Of a DNA stretch of 64,000 nucleotides, positions 11,040 to 20,198 are shown piece by piece. The stretch lies in assembly GCF_028689755.1 (NCBI RefSeq), contig NZ_JAQVCO010000001.1; one strand, written 5' to 3'. Each line of letters opens with the position of its first letter. Positions within the stretch are counted from its first letter, which is position 1. The notes under the pieces are model-generated. The model saw nothing but the letters and a program-made list of their open reading frames with translations, made no database searches and was not told where the DNA came from. Source of the stretch: Aquabacterium sp. Its GTDB lineage: Bacteria > Pseudomonadota > Gammaproteobacteria > Burkholderiales > Burkholderiaceae_C. The translations under genes were made by a program, and so were the position numbers.

Positions 11040-12116
11040 TCAGACGGCTTCGAAGCGCCAGACGCCCTGAGTGTCCTGCTCGCGCCGCAACTGGCCCAGA
11101 TGCCAGAGGTGGTTGAGGTGAGCCACCGCTTCGCCCATCGCGAACGTGGTCTGGTGCAAGTCCAGGCTGCGCTGGAACAGGATGGGCAGCATGTCGGCAG
11201 CTGAGCAGGGCTGGCTGCGGCACGCCGTCAGCACGTCATGCAGACGGTCGCGGTGGTGGTCTTTGAGCTGCTGGATGCGGGTGTGGATGCCGGTAAAGGG
11301 CAAGCCATGTGAGGGCAGGGCCAGGGTGTCGGCGGGTAAGGCCGTCATGCGCTCCAGGGAGGCCAGGAACAGGCCCAGCGCATCGGCCTCGGGCTCCATG
11401 TCGGTCACGCTCACGTTGGTGGAGATGCGCGGCAGCAGCATGTCGCCGGAGATCAGCAGGCCATCACGCTCGTTGTACAGCGCCATGTGCTCCGGCGCAT
11501 GGCCGTAGCCGGCCAGGCATTGCCAGCTGCGCTCGCCCATCTGCACGTGCATGCCGTCCATCAGGCGGCGGTAGACGTAGGGCACGCTCGGCACCATCGA
11601 GGCGTAATAGCCGCCGCGCTCACGGATCTTGGCCATGCCTTCGGGGTGACTGAGGCCATGACTTTCAAAATAGTCGGCCGCCCGGTCGCCGCCGTAGCCG
11701 GTGGTCTCGCGGCAGGCGAGGGTGGCCGCCAGATGGTCGGCGGCGCTCATCCACAAGCGCGCAGGCTGCGCACCGCTGAAGTTGTCGATCAACCACTGCG
11801 CGTTGCCCACGTGGTCCGGGTGCATGTGGGTGACCAGCATGCGGCTGAGTGGCTTGGCCGCCAGCGGACCGGCCCAGAGGGTTTGCCACAGCGTGCGGAT
11901 CGCCTCGGTCGCCACGCCCGCGTCCACCACGGTCCAGCTGGGCTGTCCTTCATGGGCATCGTCGAGCGCCCACAGGTTGATGTGGTTCAGCGCAAAGGGC
12001 AAAGGCATGCGCACCCAATGCAAGCCGGGCCGCAGGGTGAGGAGGCCACCCGGAGCGGGCAGGGTGTCGCCCCACGGGTGGCTCATGGGCGGAAAGTCGA
12101 TCGCAGAAGCAGCCAT
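11040..12116 (-). CDS. Metallo-beta-lactamase fold hydrolase
   Basis: THMHPDHVG (HxHxDH), GHAPEH, ISGD motifs; start uncertain (12116 or 12086). Confidence 0.88.
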   Translation of the reverse strand: MAASAIDFPPMSHPWGDTLPAPGGLLTLRPGLHWVRMPLPFALNHINLWALDDAHEGQPSWTVVDAGVATEAIRTLWQTLWAGPLAAKPLSRMLVTHMHPDHVGNAQWLIDNFSGAQPARLWMSAADHLAATLACRETTGYGGDRAADYFESHGLSHPEGMAKIRERGGYYASMVPSVPYVYRRLMDGMHVQMGERSWQCLAGYGHAPEHMALYNERDGLLISGDMLLPRISTNVSVTDMEPEADALGLFLASLERMTALPADTLALPSHGLPFTGIHTRIQQLKDHHRDRLHDVLTACRSQPCSAADMLPILFQRSLDLHQTTFAMGEAVAHLNHLWHLGQLRREQDTQGVWRFEAV

Positions 12117-12239
12117 CAGGAATGTCGGCAAGTGGGTGGAGGGCAGGACTTCGATTGTGAGGGCAGTGTTTGCCCCGGATGTCCGATAAATGGGCGAGGG
12201 TGTGATGCATTCCCATGCCGGCATGTCTACACTGTCGCC

Positions 12240-12920
12240 ATGAGCCTTGACCATCTTTTTGACAGCAACCGTGCCTGGGCACGCGATGTGGAACAACGCA
12301 CGCCGGGCTTCTTCTCCCGCCTGCAGCAGCAGCAGTCACCCGAGTACCTGTGGATCGGCTGCAGTGACAGCCGTGTCCCGGCCAACGAAATTTGCGGCGT
12401 GCTGCCCGGCGAAATGTTCGTCCACCGCAACGTTGCGAACGTGGTGGCGCACTCCGACCTCAACTGCCTGTCGGTGATGCAGTTCGCCATCGACATGCTC
12501 AAGGTCAAGCACATCATGGTCGTCGGCCATTACGGCTGCGGGGGCGTGCGTGCGGCCATGGACGATCTGCGCATCGGCATCGTCGACAACTGGATTCGCC
12601 ACGTCAAGGATGTCCGCAACAGCCACCTGGATTGGCTGAACACGGTGCCCGAAGGCCCCCTGCGCTACGACGCGCTGTGCGAGCTCAACGTGTTGCAGCA
12701 ATGCTTCAATGTGTGCCAGACCACCATGGTGGAAGACGCCTGGGCGCGCGGCCAGGAAATCGTGGTGCACGGTTGGGTCTATGGCATCCAGAACGGACTG
12801 ATCAATGACCTGCGCATGTCGGTCAAGAGCAGCGCCGACGTCGTGCCCGCTTACGAAAAAGCCGTGGCGCAAGTGCGTGAACGCTACGCCACGGACGTGG
12901 CCGCCCTGTTACCCCAGTGA
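12240..12920 (+). CDS. can: Beta-class carbonic anhydrase
   Basis: [25 protein letters not shown]; start set at ATG 12240. Confidence 0.96.
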   Translation: MSLDHLFDSNRAWARDVEQRTPGFFSRLQQQQSPEYLWIGCSDSRVPANEICGVLPGEMFVHRNVANVVAHSDLNCLSVMQFAIDMLKVKHIMVVGHYGCGGVRAAMDDLRIGIVDNWIRHVKDVRNSHLDWLNTVPEGPLRYDALCELNVLQQCFNVCQTTMVEDAWARGQEIVVHGWVYGIQNGLINDLRMSVKSSADVVPAYEKAVAQVRERYATDVAALLPQ

Positions 12921-14842
12921 GGTTGTCGATGGACCGCAACGCCATGTTTCCCCAACAGCTGACCGACTCGCGCGTGTTCGAGATCGCGCGGGCCTTGCTG
13001 GATGGGTTTGATCGCCACTACAAGATCTTCAGTGAAACCAGCGCGCAGTCCAAACGACGCTTTGAAGAAGCCGACTGGCACGGGCAGCAGACCGCGCAGC
13101 GCGTCCGCATCGAGTTCTACGACCTGCGGGTCAAGGAAGCGGTCGAGCGGCTGGACAACGATTTCGGGGCCAGCACCCTCCCCATGGAGGTCTGGCACCA
13201 GATCAAGCTGTTCTACATCGGCCTGCTCACCGGTCACCGCCAGCCCGAGCTGGCCGAAACCTTCTTCAACTCGGTGACCATCAAGATCCTCGATCGCAAG
13301 TACTACCGCAACGATTTCATCTTCGTGCGGCCGGCGGTGTCCACCGAGTACATCGACGACGACGAGGCCGATGGTTACGGGACGTTCCGCGCCTACTACC
13401 CGACACGCGAGAACCTGCTGAGCATGCTCAAGCAGATTGTGGTCAATTACGAGCTGAGCGTGCCGTTCGATGACCTCGAGCGCGACATCCAGCTCGTGTA
13501 CGAGTCGCTCATCGAGCAGATCGGGCATGTTCGCCTGCGCACCAATTTCCAGATCCAGGTGCTGTCCTCGCTGTTCTACCGCAACAAAGGCGCGTACATC
13601 GTGGGCAAGATGGTCAATGGTTTTCGCAGCCTGCCGTTTGCCATCCCCATCCTGCACAACTCCAAGAGTCGCCTCTACATCGACGCGGCCCTCTTTGGCG
13701 AGGACGACCTGCTGGCCCTGTTCAGCTTCGCGCGGGCTTATTTCATGGTCCACATGCCCGTGCCCTCGGCCTATGTGCAGTTTCTGCGTTCGCTGATGCC
13801 GCGCAAGCCGCGCGCCGAGCTGTACAACGCCATTGGCCTGCAAAAGCACGGCAAGAACCTGTTCTACCGCGACTTCCTGTTCCACCTGCGCCATTCCGGC
13901 GACAAGTTCCGCATTGCGCCTGGCATCAAGGGCATGGTGATGCTGGTGTTCGACCTGCCGTCCTATCCCTTTGTTTTCAAGGTGATCAAGGACTACTTCC
14001 CGCCCCAGAAGGAAATCACGCGCGAGGGCATCAAGGGCAAGTACCAGCTCGTCAAGCAGCACGACCGTGTCGGGCGCATGGCCGACTCGCTCGAATTCAC
14101 CAACGTGGCCTTTCCGCTCCACCGCTTCGACGCAGAGCTGTTCGACGAGCTCAAGAAGTTCGCCCCCAGCGTGATGGAGGTCGATGACGAAGAGCAGACG
14201 CTGGTCATCAAGCACCTCTACATCGAGCGGCGCATGATTCCGCTCAACATCTACATCCGCGAGGCCGAAGGCGAGTCCCTGGAGCATGCGGTCATCGAGT
14301 ACGGCAACGCCCTCAAGGACCTGGTGGCGGCCAACATCTTCCCGGGCGACATGTTGTGGAAGAACTTCGGCGTGACCCGCAATGGCAAGGTCGTGTTCTA
14401 CGACTATGACGAGATCGAATACGTCACCGACTGCAACTTCCGCAAGGTGCCCACGCCTCGCAACGAGGAAGAGGAAATGTCAGGCGAGATCTGGTATTCG
14501 GTGGGGCCGCGCGACGTGTTTCCCGAGACGTTCGGGCCCTTCCTGCTGGGCGATCCACGGGTGCGCAGCATCTTCATGAAGCATCACGCCGACCTGCTGG
14601 AGCCGGAGTTCTGGCAGCAGCACCAGCAACGCATCCGCGAAGGCTATGTGCACGACGTGTTTCCCTACGACCGAGGGCGCCGTTTCATTCATCGGATTCA
14701 GGATCAGAAGGCCCTCACCGAGCCCTCTGCCGAGGTGGCGCCGGTCGAAGAGCCCGTGCAGGTGCCACCCTTGGGCAGCGCCGTGCATGACCAAGGCACC
14801 TTGTCCGGCTTCCAGTCCGGTGGGACCAGCAGCGCGGACTGA
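12917..14842 (+). CDS. aceK: Isocitrate dehydrogenase kinase/phosphatase
   Basis: [61 protein letters not shown]; start may be GTG 12917 or a later ATG. Confidence 0.96.
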   Translation: MRLSMDRNAMFPQQLTDSRVFEIARALLDGFDRHYKIFSETSAQSKRRFEEADWHGQQTAQRVRIEFYDLRVKEAVERLDNDFGASTLPMEVWHQIKLFYIGLLTGHRQPELAETFFNSVTIKILDRKYYRNDFIFVRPAVSTEYIDDDEADGYGTFRAYYPTRENLLSMLKQIVVNYELSVPFDDLERDIQLVYESLIEQIGHVRLRTNFQIQVLSSLFYRNKGAYIVGKMVNGFRSLPFAIPILHNSKSRLYIDAALFGEDDLLALFSFARAYFMVHMPVPSAYVQFLRSLMPRKPRAELYNAIGLQKHGKNLFYRDFLFHLRHSGDKFRIAPGIKGMVMLVFDLPSYPFVFKVIKDYFPPQKEITREGIKGKYQLVKQHDRVGRMADSLEFTNVAFPLHRFDAELFDELKKFAPSVMEVDDEEQTLVIKHLYIERRMIPLNIYIREAEGESLEHAVIEYGNALKDLVAANIFPGDMLWKNFGVTRNGKVVFYDYDEIEYVTDCNFRKVPTPRNEEEEMSGEIWYSVGPRDVFPETFGPFLLGDPRVRSIFMKHHADLLEPEFWQQHQQRIREGYVHDVFPYDRGRRFIHRIQDQKALTEPSAEVAPVEEPVQVPPLGSAVHDQGTLSGFQSGGTSSAD

Positions 14843-14899
14843 GCAGACTGAGCGGACACCGTTGGCGCACAGGGGTGGCCAACGGGCGTCAGAAGCGTC

Positions 14900-15730
14900 T
14901 TACCAGAGCTGCCACCAGGGCTTGGCCTCACCCTTGAGCGCGTCGCCGCTGAGGTAGGCGCTGTCGGGGAAGCTCTGCTTGAGCACGCGAACGGCATCGT
15001 CACGCAACTGGACCAGGCCCAGCTGATCGTAAGCGCGGGACATGATGTACAGCGCCTCTTCGATTGCGGGCGATTGCGGGTAGTCCTTGATCGCCTGTTG
15101 TGCCCGGTTGGCCGCAGCCAGATAGGCGCCGCGACGCAGGTAGTAGCGTGCCACGTGCACTTCACCCGCGGCCAGCGAGTTGACCACGTGGTTCATGCGC
15201 AGGCGCGCGTCTTCCGCGTACTTCGACTCGGGGAAGCGATCGACCACCTGCTTGAACGACTCGTAGGCATCGCGCGAGGCCTGCTGGTCACGCTCGGACA
15301 GGTCCTGGCGTGCCAGGCGGCCGAACAGCCCCAGGTCTTCGTTGAAGTTGATCAGACCCTGCAGGTAGTAGGCATAGTCCATCGCCGGACTGGTGGGGTG
15401 CAGGCGGATGAAGCGCTCCAGCTTGGCCAGCGCCAGTGCCTTTTCACCGCTGCGGTAGTAGGCATAGGCCAGGTCCAGCTGCGCCTGCTGCGCCAGCAGT
15501 GTGCCGGAGGCTCGGGCTTCCACCTTCTCCAGCATCTTGACGGCGGTCTCGAAATTGCCGTCCGCCTGCTCTTCCTTGGCGTCTGCGTACAATTTGTCGG
15601 AGTTGATGTTGGCGTACTCGTCCTGTGGCGCGGTACCGCAAGCCGCCAGGGCGGCGCTCAAAGCCAGTGCCAGCAGGCCGGTGCGTTGGCCGGTCCAGAA
15701 GCGCGAGGATGGGTTCTTCAGCAGTTTCAC
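14900..15730 (-). CDS. bamD: Outer membrane protein assembly lipoprotein BamD
   Basis: Lipobox LAAC, TPR repeats, RFPESKYAEDARLR, ARYYLRRGAYLAAANRA; divergent from rluD as is typical; start uncertain (GTG 15730 chosen for signal-peptide length). Confidence 0.93.
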   Translation of the reverse strand: MKLLKNPSSRFWTGQRTGLLALALSAALAACGTAPQDEYANINSDKLYADAKEEQADGNFETAVKMLEKVEARASGTLLAQQAQLDLAYAYYRSGEKALALAKLERFIRLHPTSPAMDYAYYLQGLINFNEDLGLFGRLARQDLSERDQQASRDAYESFKQVVDRFPESKYAEDARLRMNHVVNSLAAGEVHVARYYLRRGAYLAAANRAQQAIKDYPQSPAIEEALYIMSRAYDQLGLVQLRDDAVRVLKQSFPDSAYLSGDALKGEAKPWWQLW

Positions 15731-15841
15731 GTTGAGTTTCTTGCGGATGAGTCCGCTCACAGTCACGCCATACGGCGCCACAATGCGCAGTATAGAAGCC
15801 CTGCGCCCCTAGTTTGCGCTCACCCCTGTTTTGATTGCCAT

Positions 15842-16993
15842 ATGGCCCGACCTCCTCGTTCTGCCGCTGCCCCTTCTTCCTCCGTTTCCGAGTCGGTCTC
15901 GCCGGATGCCAGCCTTTCGGCGCCCCTGCCAGACGATGACTGGGGCGACGACGAATCGGGCGAAGACCTGGGTGTGATCGCGGCAGCGACGTCCCGGCCC
16001 GAGCCGGAGCAGCGCACGCTGGAGGTGCCGCTCTCGGCACAAGGTCAGCGTCTGGATGCGTTCCTGGCCGCTTGCGTGCCCGAGTATTCGCGCAGCCACC
16101 TCAAGACCTTGATCGACGCCGGGTGTGTGCAGGTCAATGGTCAGCCGGCCACATCGCCGTCGCGCAAGGTGCTGCTGGGCCAGGTGCTGAACGTGCTGCT
16201 CAAGCCCACTGCGATGAGCCAGGCCTTTGTGCCCGAGCCGATGGACCTTGATGTGGTGTTCGAGGACGAGCACCTCATGGTGATCAACAAGCCGGCAGGT
16301 CTGGTGGTGCACCCGGCCGCAGGCAATTGGAGCGGCACCCTGATGAACGGCCTGCTGGCCCATCACGCCGCGGCGGTCGAACTCCCACGCGCCGGCATCG
16401 TGCACCGACTCGACAAGGACACCAGTGGGCTCATGGTGGTCGGCAAGTCGCTGGTGGCCATCACCGCGCTCAGCCGCGCCATTGCCGCGCGCGAGGTCAG
16501 TCGCCAGTATCTGGCACTGGTGCAAGGCGTGGTGCCCGAGGCCTTCACGGTCGAGTCGTCGATCGGGCGCGACCCCGTCACCCGCGTGCGCATGGCCGTG
16601 GTGCCGGCGGGCAAGGCGGCACGCACCGACGTGAAACGCCTGTTGTCGGGCGAGTGGGCGCCCGATCAAAGCGGCGTGAAGGCCGATGACCGTCGTCCTG
16701 CGCGTGCCTACAGCGGTGTCCTGTGCACCTTGCACACGGGCCGTACCCACCAGATCCGGGTGCACCTGAGCAGCCGTCGCCACCCGCTGGTCGCGGACAC
16801 CTTGTATGGTGGCCTGCCAGCCCTGGGCATGACACGCCAGGCGCTGCATGCCGCGCGCCTGTCGTTCGTCCACCCGATCACCGGCAAAAACCTGCGTTTT
16901 GAGGCCCCTTTGCCAGACGACATGGCCCAGGCCTGGGCGCTGCTGGAGGCCTCTGCGCAAGAGGCTGCACAAAATTCGGCTTCTGGTGCATAA
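15842..16993 (+). CDS. rluD: 23S rRNA pseudouridine synthase RluD (RluA family)
   Basis: S4-like RLDAFLA, INKPAGLVVHP, GIVHRLDKDTSG, TGRTHQIRVH, QALHA; start set at ATG 15842. Confidence 0.93.
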   Translation: MARPPRSAAAPSSSVSESVSPDASLSAPLPDDDWGDDESGEDLGVIAAATSRPEPEQRTLEVPLSAQGQRLDAFLAACVPEYSRSHLKTLIDAGCVQVNGQPATSPSRKVLLGQVLNVLLKPTAMSQAFVPEPMDLDVVFEDEHLMVINKPAGLVVHPAAGNWSGTLMNGLLAHHAAAVELPRAGIVHRLDKDTSGLMVVGKSLVAITALSRAIAAREVSRQYLALVQGVVPEAFTVESSIGRDPVTRVRMAVVPAGKAARTDVKRLLSGEWAPDQSGVKADDRRPARAYSGVLCTLHTGRTHQIRVHLSSRRHPLVADTLYGGLPALGMTRQALHAARLSFVHPITGKNLRFEAPLPDDMAQAWALLEASAQEAAQNSASGA

Positions 16994-17007
16994 TGCAAAT
17001 CCAGATG

Positions 17008-17229
17008 CAGGGCGAAAAGCCCTGACACCAGTGGCTTTGAGAAAAGCGCGACTGACTGGCCAGTAACTTGAAATGCTGCTGGCCATCGCCTCTGACGAGG
17101 CCCCCGTTCAGACTGATGCCCGTGTGCTGGCCCGATTTGGCAGTGCGCCAGGCTTGAAACGAATATCCCTCTGCGCCGGCCCACCAGCTGGTGTTTGAAT
17201 TGGTTGGCGCCGCTCCAGGAGCGGGTGCC
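17008..17229 (+). ncRNA. Candidate structured RNA (5' leader of scpB-rluB or independent sRNA), family unassigned
   Basis: Helices found by eye: CAGGGC/GCCCTG (17008-17024); ACACCAG/CTGGTGT (17025-31 with 17188-94); GCTTT-GAGA-AAAGC (17034-47); TGGCCAG/CTGGCCA with TTGAAAT loop (17057-85); GCCTC-TGAC-GAGGC (17088-101); 10-bp hairpin at 17206-29. CATAAT at 16989-94 upstream. Confidence 0.5.
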
Positions 17230-17239
17230 GTACACCTTC

Positions 17240-18022
17240 ATGATTGAAGAGATGGAAGTCCTCAATCCTCCGGATGCCGAGCGCATCCTGGAAGCCGCAC
17301 TACTGTGTGCCAGTCAGCCCATGACGGTGCGGGACATGCGTCAGCTGTTTGACAACGCCGTGTCGGCCGACGCGGTGCGCAGCATGCTGAACGCCTTGTC
17401 GTCGCAGTGGGAGGGGCGCGGGGTGGAGTTGCGCGAACTGGCGTCCGGCTGGCGGTTTCAAACCCGTGCCGACGTGCAGGCGCACCTCGACCGTCTCCAT
17501 CCCGAAAAACCGCCCAAGTACACGCGGGCCACCTTGGAAACCCTGGCCATCATTGCCTACAAACAACCCGTCACGCGGGGTGACATCGAAGACATCCGCG
17601 GTGTGACCGTCAGCGCCAACATCATCAAACAGCTCGAAGACCGGGGCTGGGTCGAAGTCATTGGTCACCGCGATGCACCAGGCCGCCCGGCCTTGTTCGC
17701 CACCACCCGTCATTTCCTGGACGATCTCGGGCTGGCGTCCCTGTCCCAGCTGCCTACCCTGGAAGGCTTGCCGGTCAGCCAGGGTCTGTTGCCCGGTCTG
17801 GACGATGTCGGCGCCGAGGCCCCCTCTGATGAGGCGGGCCCCAGCGTCGAGCAGGCGTCCATCCTTGAATCCGAATCGGACGCTGCCCCAGCGCCCCACG
17901 ACACTGCTTCGGCAGACCCCATTGCTGATGCGCAGACCGACGTGGTCGGCGTGTCCATGACATCTCCTGATGCGTCTGAATCGCCAGGCCCTGATGTCGC
18001 CTCTTTTCCTACCGCATCATGA
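17240..18022 (+). CDS. scpB: SMC-Scp complex subunit ScpB with acidic C-terminal tail
   Basis: [59 protein letters not shown]; start uncertain (GTG 17225, ATG 17240 or ATG 17252). Confidence 0.93.
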   Translation: MIEEMEVLNPPDAERILEAALLCASQPMTVRDMRQLFDNAVSADAVRSMLNALSSQWEGRGVELRELASGWRFQTRADVQAHLDRLHPEKPPKYTRATLETLAIIAYKQPVTRGDIEDIRGVTVSANIIKQLEDRGWVEVIGHRDAPGRPALFATTRHFLDDLGLASLSQLPTLEGLPVSQGLLPGLDDVGAEAPSDEAGPSVEQASILESESDAAPAPHDTASADPIADAQTDVVGVSMTSPDASESPGPDVASFPTAS

Positions 18023-20094
18023 CCACCGAAAACGTGCCCATGCAAGATCCTCAAGAACAGTCCCTGGTCACCGAAGAGGTGGTCAAGCCCAAACGCGTGC
18101 GTCGCACCAAGGCGGCCGAGCCCGTCGAGGCGGTCTCGCCTGCGGCCGCTGAAGTCAGCGAGGCCGCACCGGAGGCCAAGCCCAAGCGTGCGCCCCGCAA
18201 GAAAGTCGCCGAGGCTTTGCCCGACGATGCCGTGGCCGCAGCGCCGCAGGCGCCTGAGGCCGCCGAGGTGGCTGCTGATGTGGCTGCTGATGTGGCTGCT
18301 GATGTGGCTGCTGATGTGGCGCCGGCCGCCAAGCCCAAGCGCGCCCCGCGCAAGAAGGCCGTCGAGGCGGTGAACGACGTCGCACCTGCGCCCGTGGTTG
18401 ACACGGTGGTCGCATCGCAGGACGTGGCGGCGGTCGCTGCGCCCGTGAGCGTGACGCAAGAAGGTGAGCAGGCCGAGCGCGCGCCGGTGGCCGCCGCGTC
18501 TGAAGGCGAAGGCGCACCCCGCGGTGAGCGTGGGCGTCGCGATCGCGGTGATCGTGGTGATCGTGGTGATCGTGGTGATCGCCGCGGACCTCGCGCTGAC
18601 CGTCCGCCGCGCGAAGAGCGTCGCCCACAGGCAGCTGCTGGCGAGCGTGATGAAGCCGCGCCCGAAGCGATGGAAGAGGGCGGGGCTCCGATGGGTTCGC
18701 GCCGTGCCGTCATCGCCGCCGAGCAGGCCACCGAGGTGTTCGCCGAGCTCCTGTCGGGTGACTTTGACAAAGAGCGTGAAGAGGCCGAAGAAGCCGCTGC
18801 CGAAGAAGGTGGCGTCTACAAGCGCGTTCTGCTGCCCGAGCCCGATGCCCCCAAGCTGCAGAAGGTGCTGGCGCAAGCCGGCGTCGGTTCGCGCCGCGAC
18901 ATCGAGCAGATGATCGAAGACGGCCGCATCGAGGTGAACGACCAGGTGGCTCACATCGGTCAGCGCATCTCCTTTGGTGACCGCATCAAGGTCGCCGGTC
19001 GCCCGATCAAGGTACGCATTGCGCCGCCCGCTGCCCGCATCCTGGCCTATCACAAGCCCACGGGCGAAGTCGTCACACACGATGATCCGCAGGGTCGCCC
19101 CACGGTGTTCCGTCGTTTGCCGCGCCTGCACAACGGCAAGTGGATGTCGGTCGGTCGCCTTGACCTGAATACCGAAGGCTTGCTGCTGTTCACCAACTCC
19201 GGTGAGCTGGCCAACCAGTTGATGCACCCGCGCTTTGGCGTGGAGCGCGAGTACGCCGTGCGCGTGCTGGGCTCCCTGGGCGAGGATGCGCGCAACAAGC
19301 TGTTGACCGGCGTCGAGATCGACGGCCAGACGGCCTCCTTCCTGTCCATCAGCAACGGTGGCGGCGAGGGCGTGAACCAGTGGTATCGCGTGGTCATCAC
19401 CGAAGGCCGCAACCGCGAAGTGCGCAAGCTGTTCGACGCCGTGGGCCTGACGGTCAACCGTCTGATCCGCGTGCGTTATGGCGCCATCGTCCTGCCGCGC
19501 GGTCTCAAGCGTGGCGTGTGGGTGGAGCTGGGCGAGTCCGACGTGCGTGCCGTCAAGTCGCTGGCCGGCATGGACCGCCAGCCTGAGGCGGGTCAGGGTG
19601 GTCGCGGTGGCCGTGGGCCCAAGCCCCTGCCCGTCAAGGCGCGTCCGGCACCCGTCGGTGGCCCAAGCCAAGGTCAAGGCCAGGCCCCCCAAGGCCGTGG
19701 TGGTCAGCCAGGGCAGGGCGGTCGTCCGCAAGGCAAGCCCTTCAATGAACCCGGCGCCTTCGGCAACAAGAACCGTCAAGAGCGTGAGCGCCAACCCGCC
19801 CCGCGCCACGATGGGGATGACGACGAGCACTTCGCCCGGATCCCGAACCCCCTGGAGCAGACTTTTGACCGTCGCTTCGTCAAGGGCTCTCAGCGCATCA
19901 CGGCAGGTTTTGGTCGTCCCGATCAGAATCACGGCAAGGGAACGGGCGAGCCGCAAAAGGGCCCCCGTCAGCCTGACCCGCTGCAAACCTCCGTGGGCTA
20001 CATCGGCGCCGATGCCTTCTTTGGCAAACCCGGTGGCGGTGGTGGCGGCCGTCGCGGTGGCGGCGGCGGCGGTGGTGGTCGCGGTCGTCGCTGA
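18019..20094 (+). CDS. rluB: 23S rRNA pseudouridine synthase RluB (RsuA family) with long N- and C-terminal low-complexity extensions
   Basis: S4 domain [44 protein letters not shown]; follows scpB with ATGA overlap. Confidence 0.9.
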   Translation: MTTENVPMQDPQEQSLVTEEVVKPKRVRRTKAAEPVEAVSPAAAEVSEAAPEAKPKRAPRKKVAEALPDDAVAAAPQAPEAAEVAADVAADVAADVAADVAPAAKPKRAPRKKAVEAVNDVAPAPVVDTVVASQDVAAVAAPVSVTQEGEQAERAPVAAASEGEGAPRGERGRRDRGDRGDRGDRGDRRGPRADRPPREERRPQAAAGERDEAAPEAMEEGGAPMGSRRAVIAAEQATEVFAELLSGDFDKEREEAEEAAAEEGGVYKRVLLPEPDAPKLQKVLAQAGVGSRRDIEQMIEDGRIEVNDQVAHIGQRISFGDRIKVAGRPIKVRIAPPAARILAYHKPTGEVVTHDDPQGRPTVFRRLPRLHNGKWMSVGRLDLNTEGLLLFTNSGELANQLMHPRFGVEREYAVRVLGSLGEDARNKLLTGVEIDGQTASFLSISNGGGEGVNQWYRVVITEGRNREVRKLFDAVGLTVNRLIRVRYGAIVLPRGLKRGVWVELGESDVRAVKSLAGMDRQPEAGQGGRGGRGPKPLPVKARPAPVGGPSQGQGQAPQGRGGQPGQGGRPQGKPFNEPGAFGNKNRQERERQPAPRHDGDDDEHFARIPNPLEQTFDRRFVKGSQRITAGFGRPDQNHGKGTGEPQKGPRQPDPLQTSVGYIGADAFFGKPGGGGGGRRGGGGGGGGRGRR
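18268..18321 (+). repeat. In-frame 12-bp tandem repeat (GTGGCTGCTGAT)x4 plus partial copy, encoding (VAAD)4
   Basis: Four perfect copies at 18268, 18280, 18292 and 18304. Confidence 0.95.
18541..18585 (+). repeat. In-frame 9-bp tandem repeat GATCGYGGT x4 plus partial copy, encoding (DRG)4
   Basis: GATCGCGGT GATCGTGGT GATCGTGGT GATCGTGGT GATCGC. Confidence 0.9.
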
Positions 20095-20154
20095 CCCCAT
20101 CCCCGCACACACGAAAACAACTTTCACAGACAGAGCCTGGTCATGTGCGCACAG

Positions 20155-20160
20155 TAGAAT
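20155..20160 (+). promoter_or_regulatory. Putative -10 element (TAGAAT) for ndk
   Basis: TAGAAT ~40 nt upstream of ndk ATG, which has an AGGAG RBS. Confidence 0.45.
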
Positions 20161-20198
20161 GTGCGGTTTTGTCCAGCTCACTGAATCAGGAGAATTCC

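Noticed and set aside
14854-14890. Hairpin CGTTGGC/GCCAACG between the convergent aceK and bamD
   Set aside because: It has no U tract on either strand; at most an ordinary 3' end structure.
15785-15806. GCGCAG-N10-CTGCGC inverted repeat around the bamD -10 (TATACT)
   Set aside because: A six-base GC-rich repeat is common by chance in this genome, and nothing else supports it.
17092-17160. Hammerhead-like core: CTGACGA (17092-98) and GAAAC (17156-60)
   Set aside because: No convincing stem II closes next to GAAA and I found no stem I/III partners with a cleavage triplet; CTGACGA fits better in the GCCTC/GAGGC hairpin.
17008-17194. Assignment of the rluD-scpB element as 6S RNA, SRP RNA, tmRNA or a known riboswitch
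   Set aside because: It is multibranched rather than a rod with a central bubble, and I could not find the diagnostic conserved motifs of those families, so it is left unassigned.
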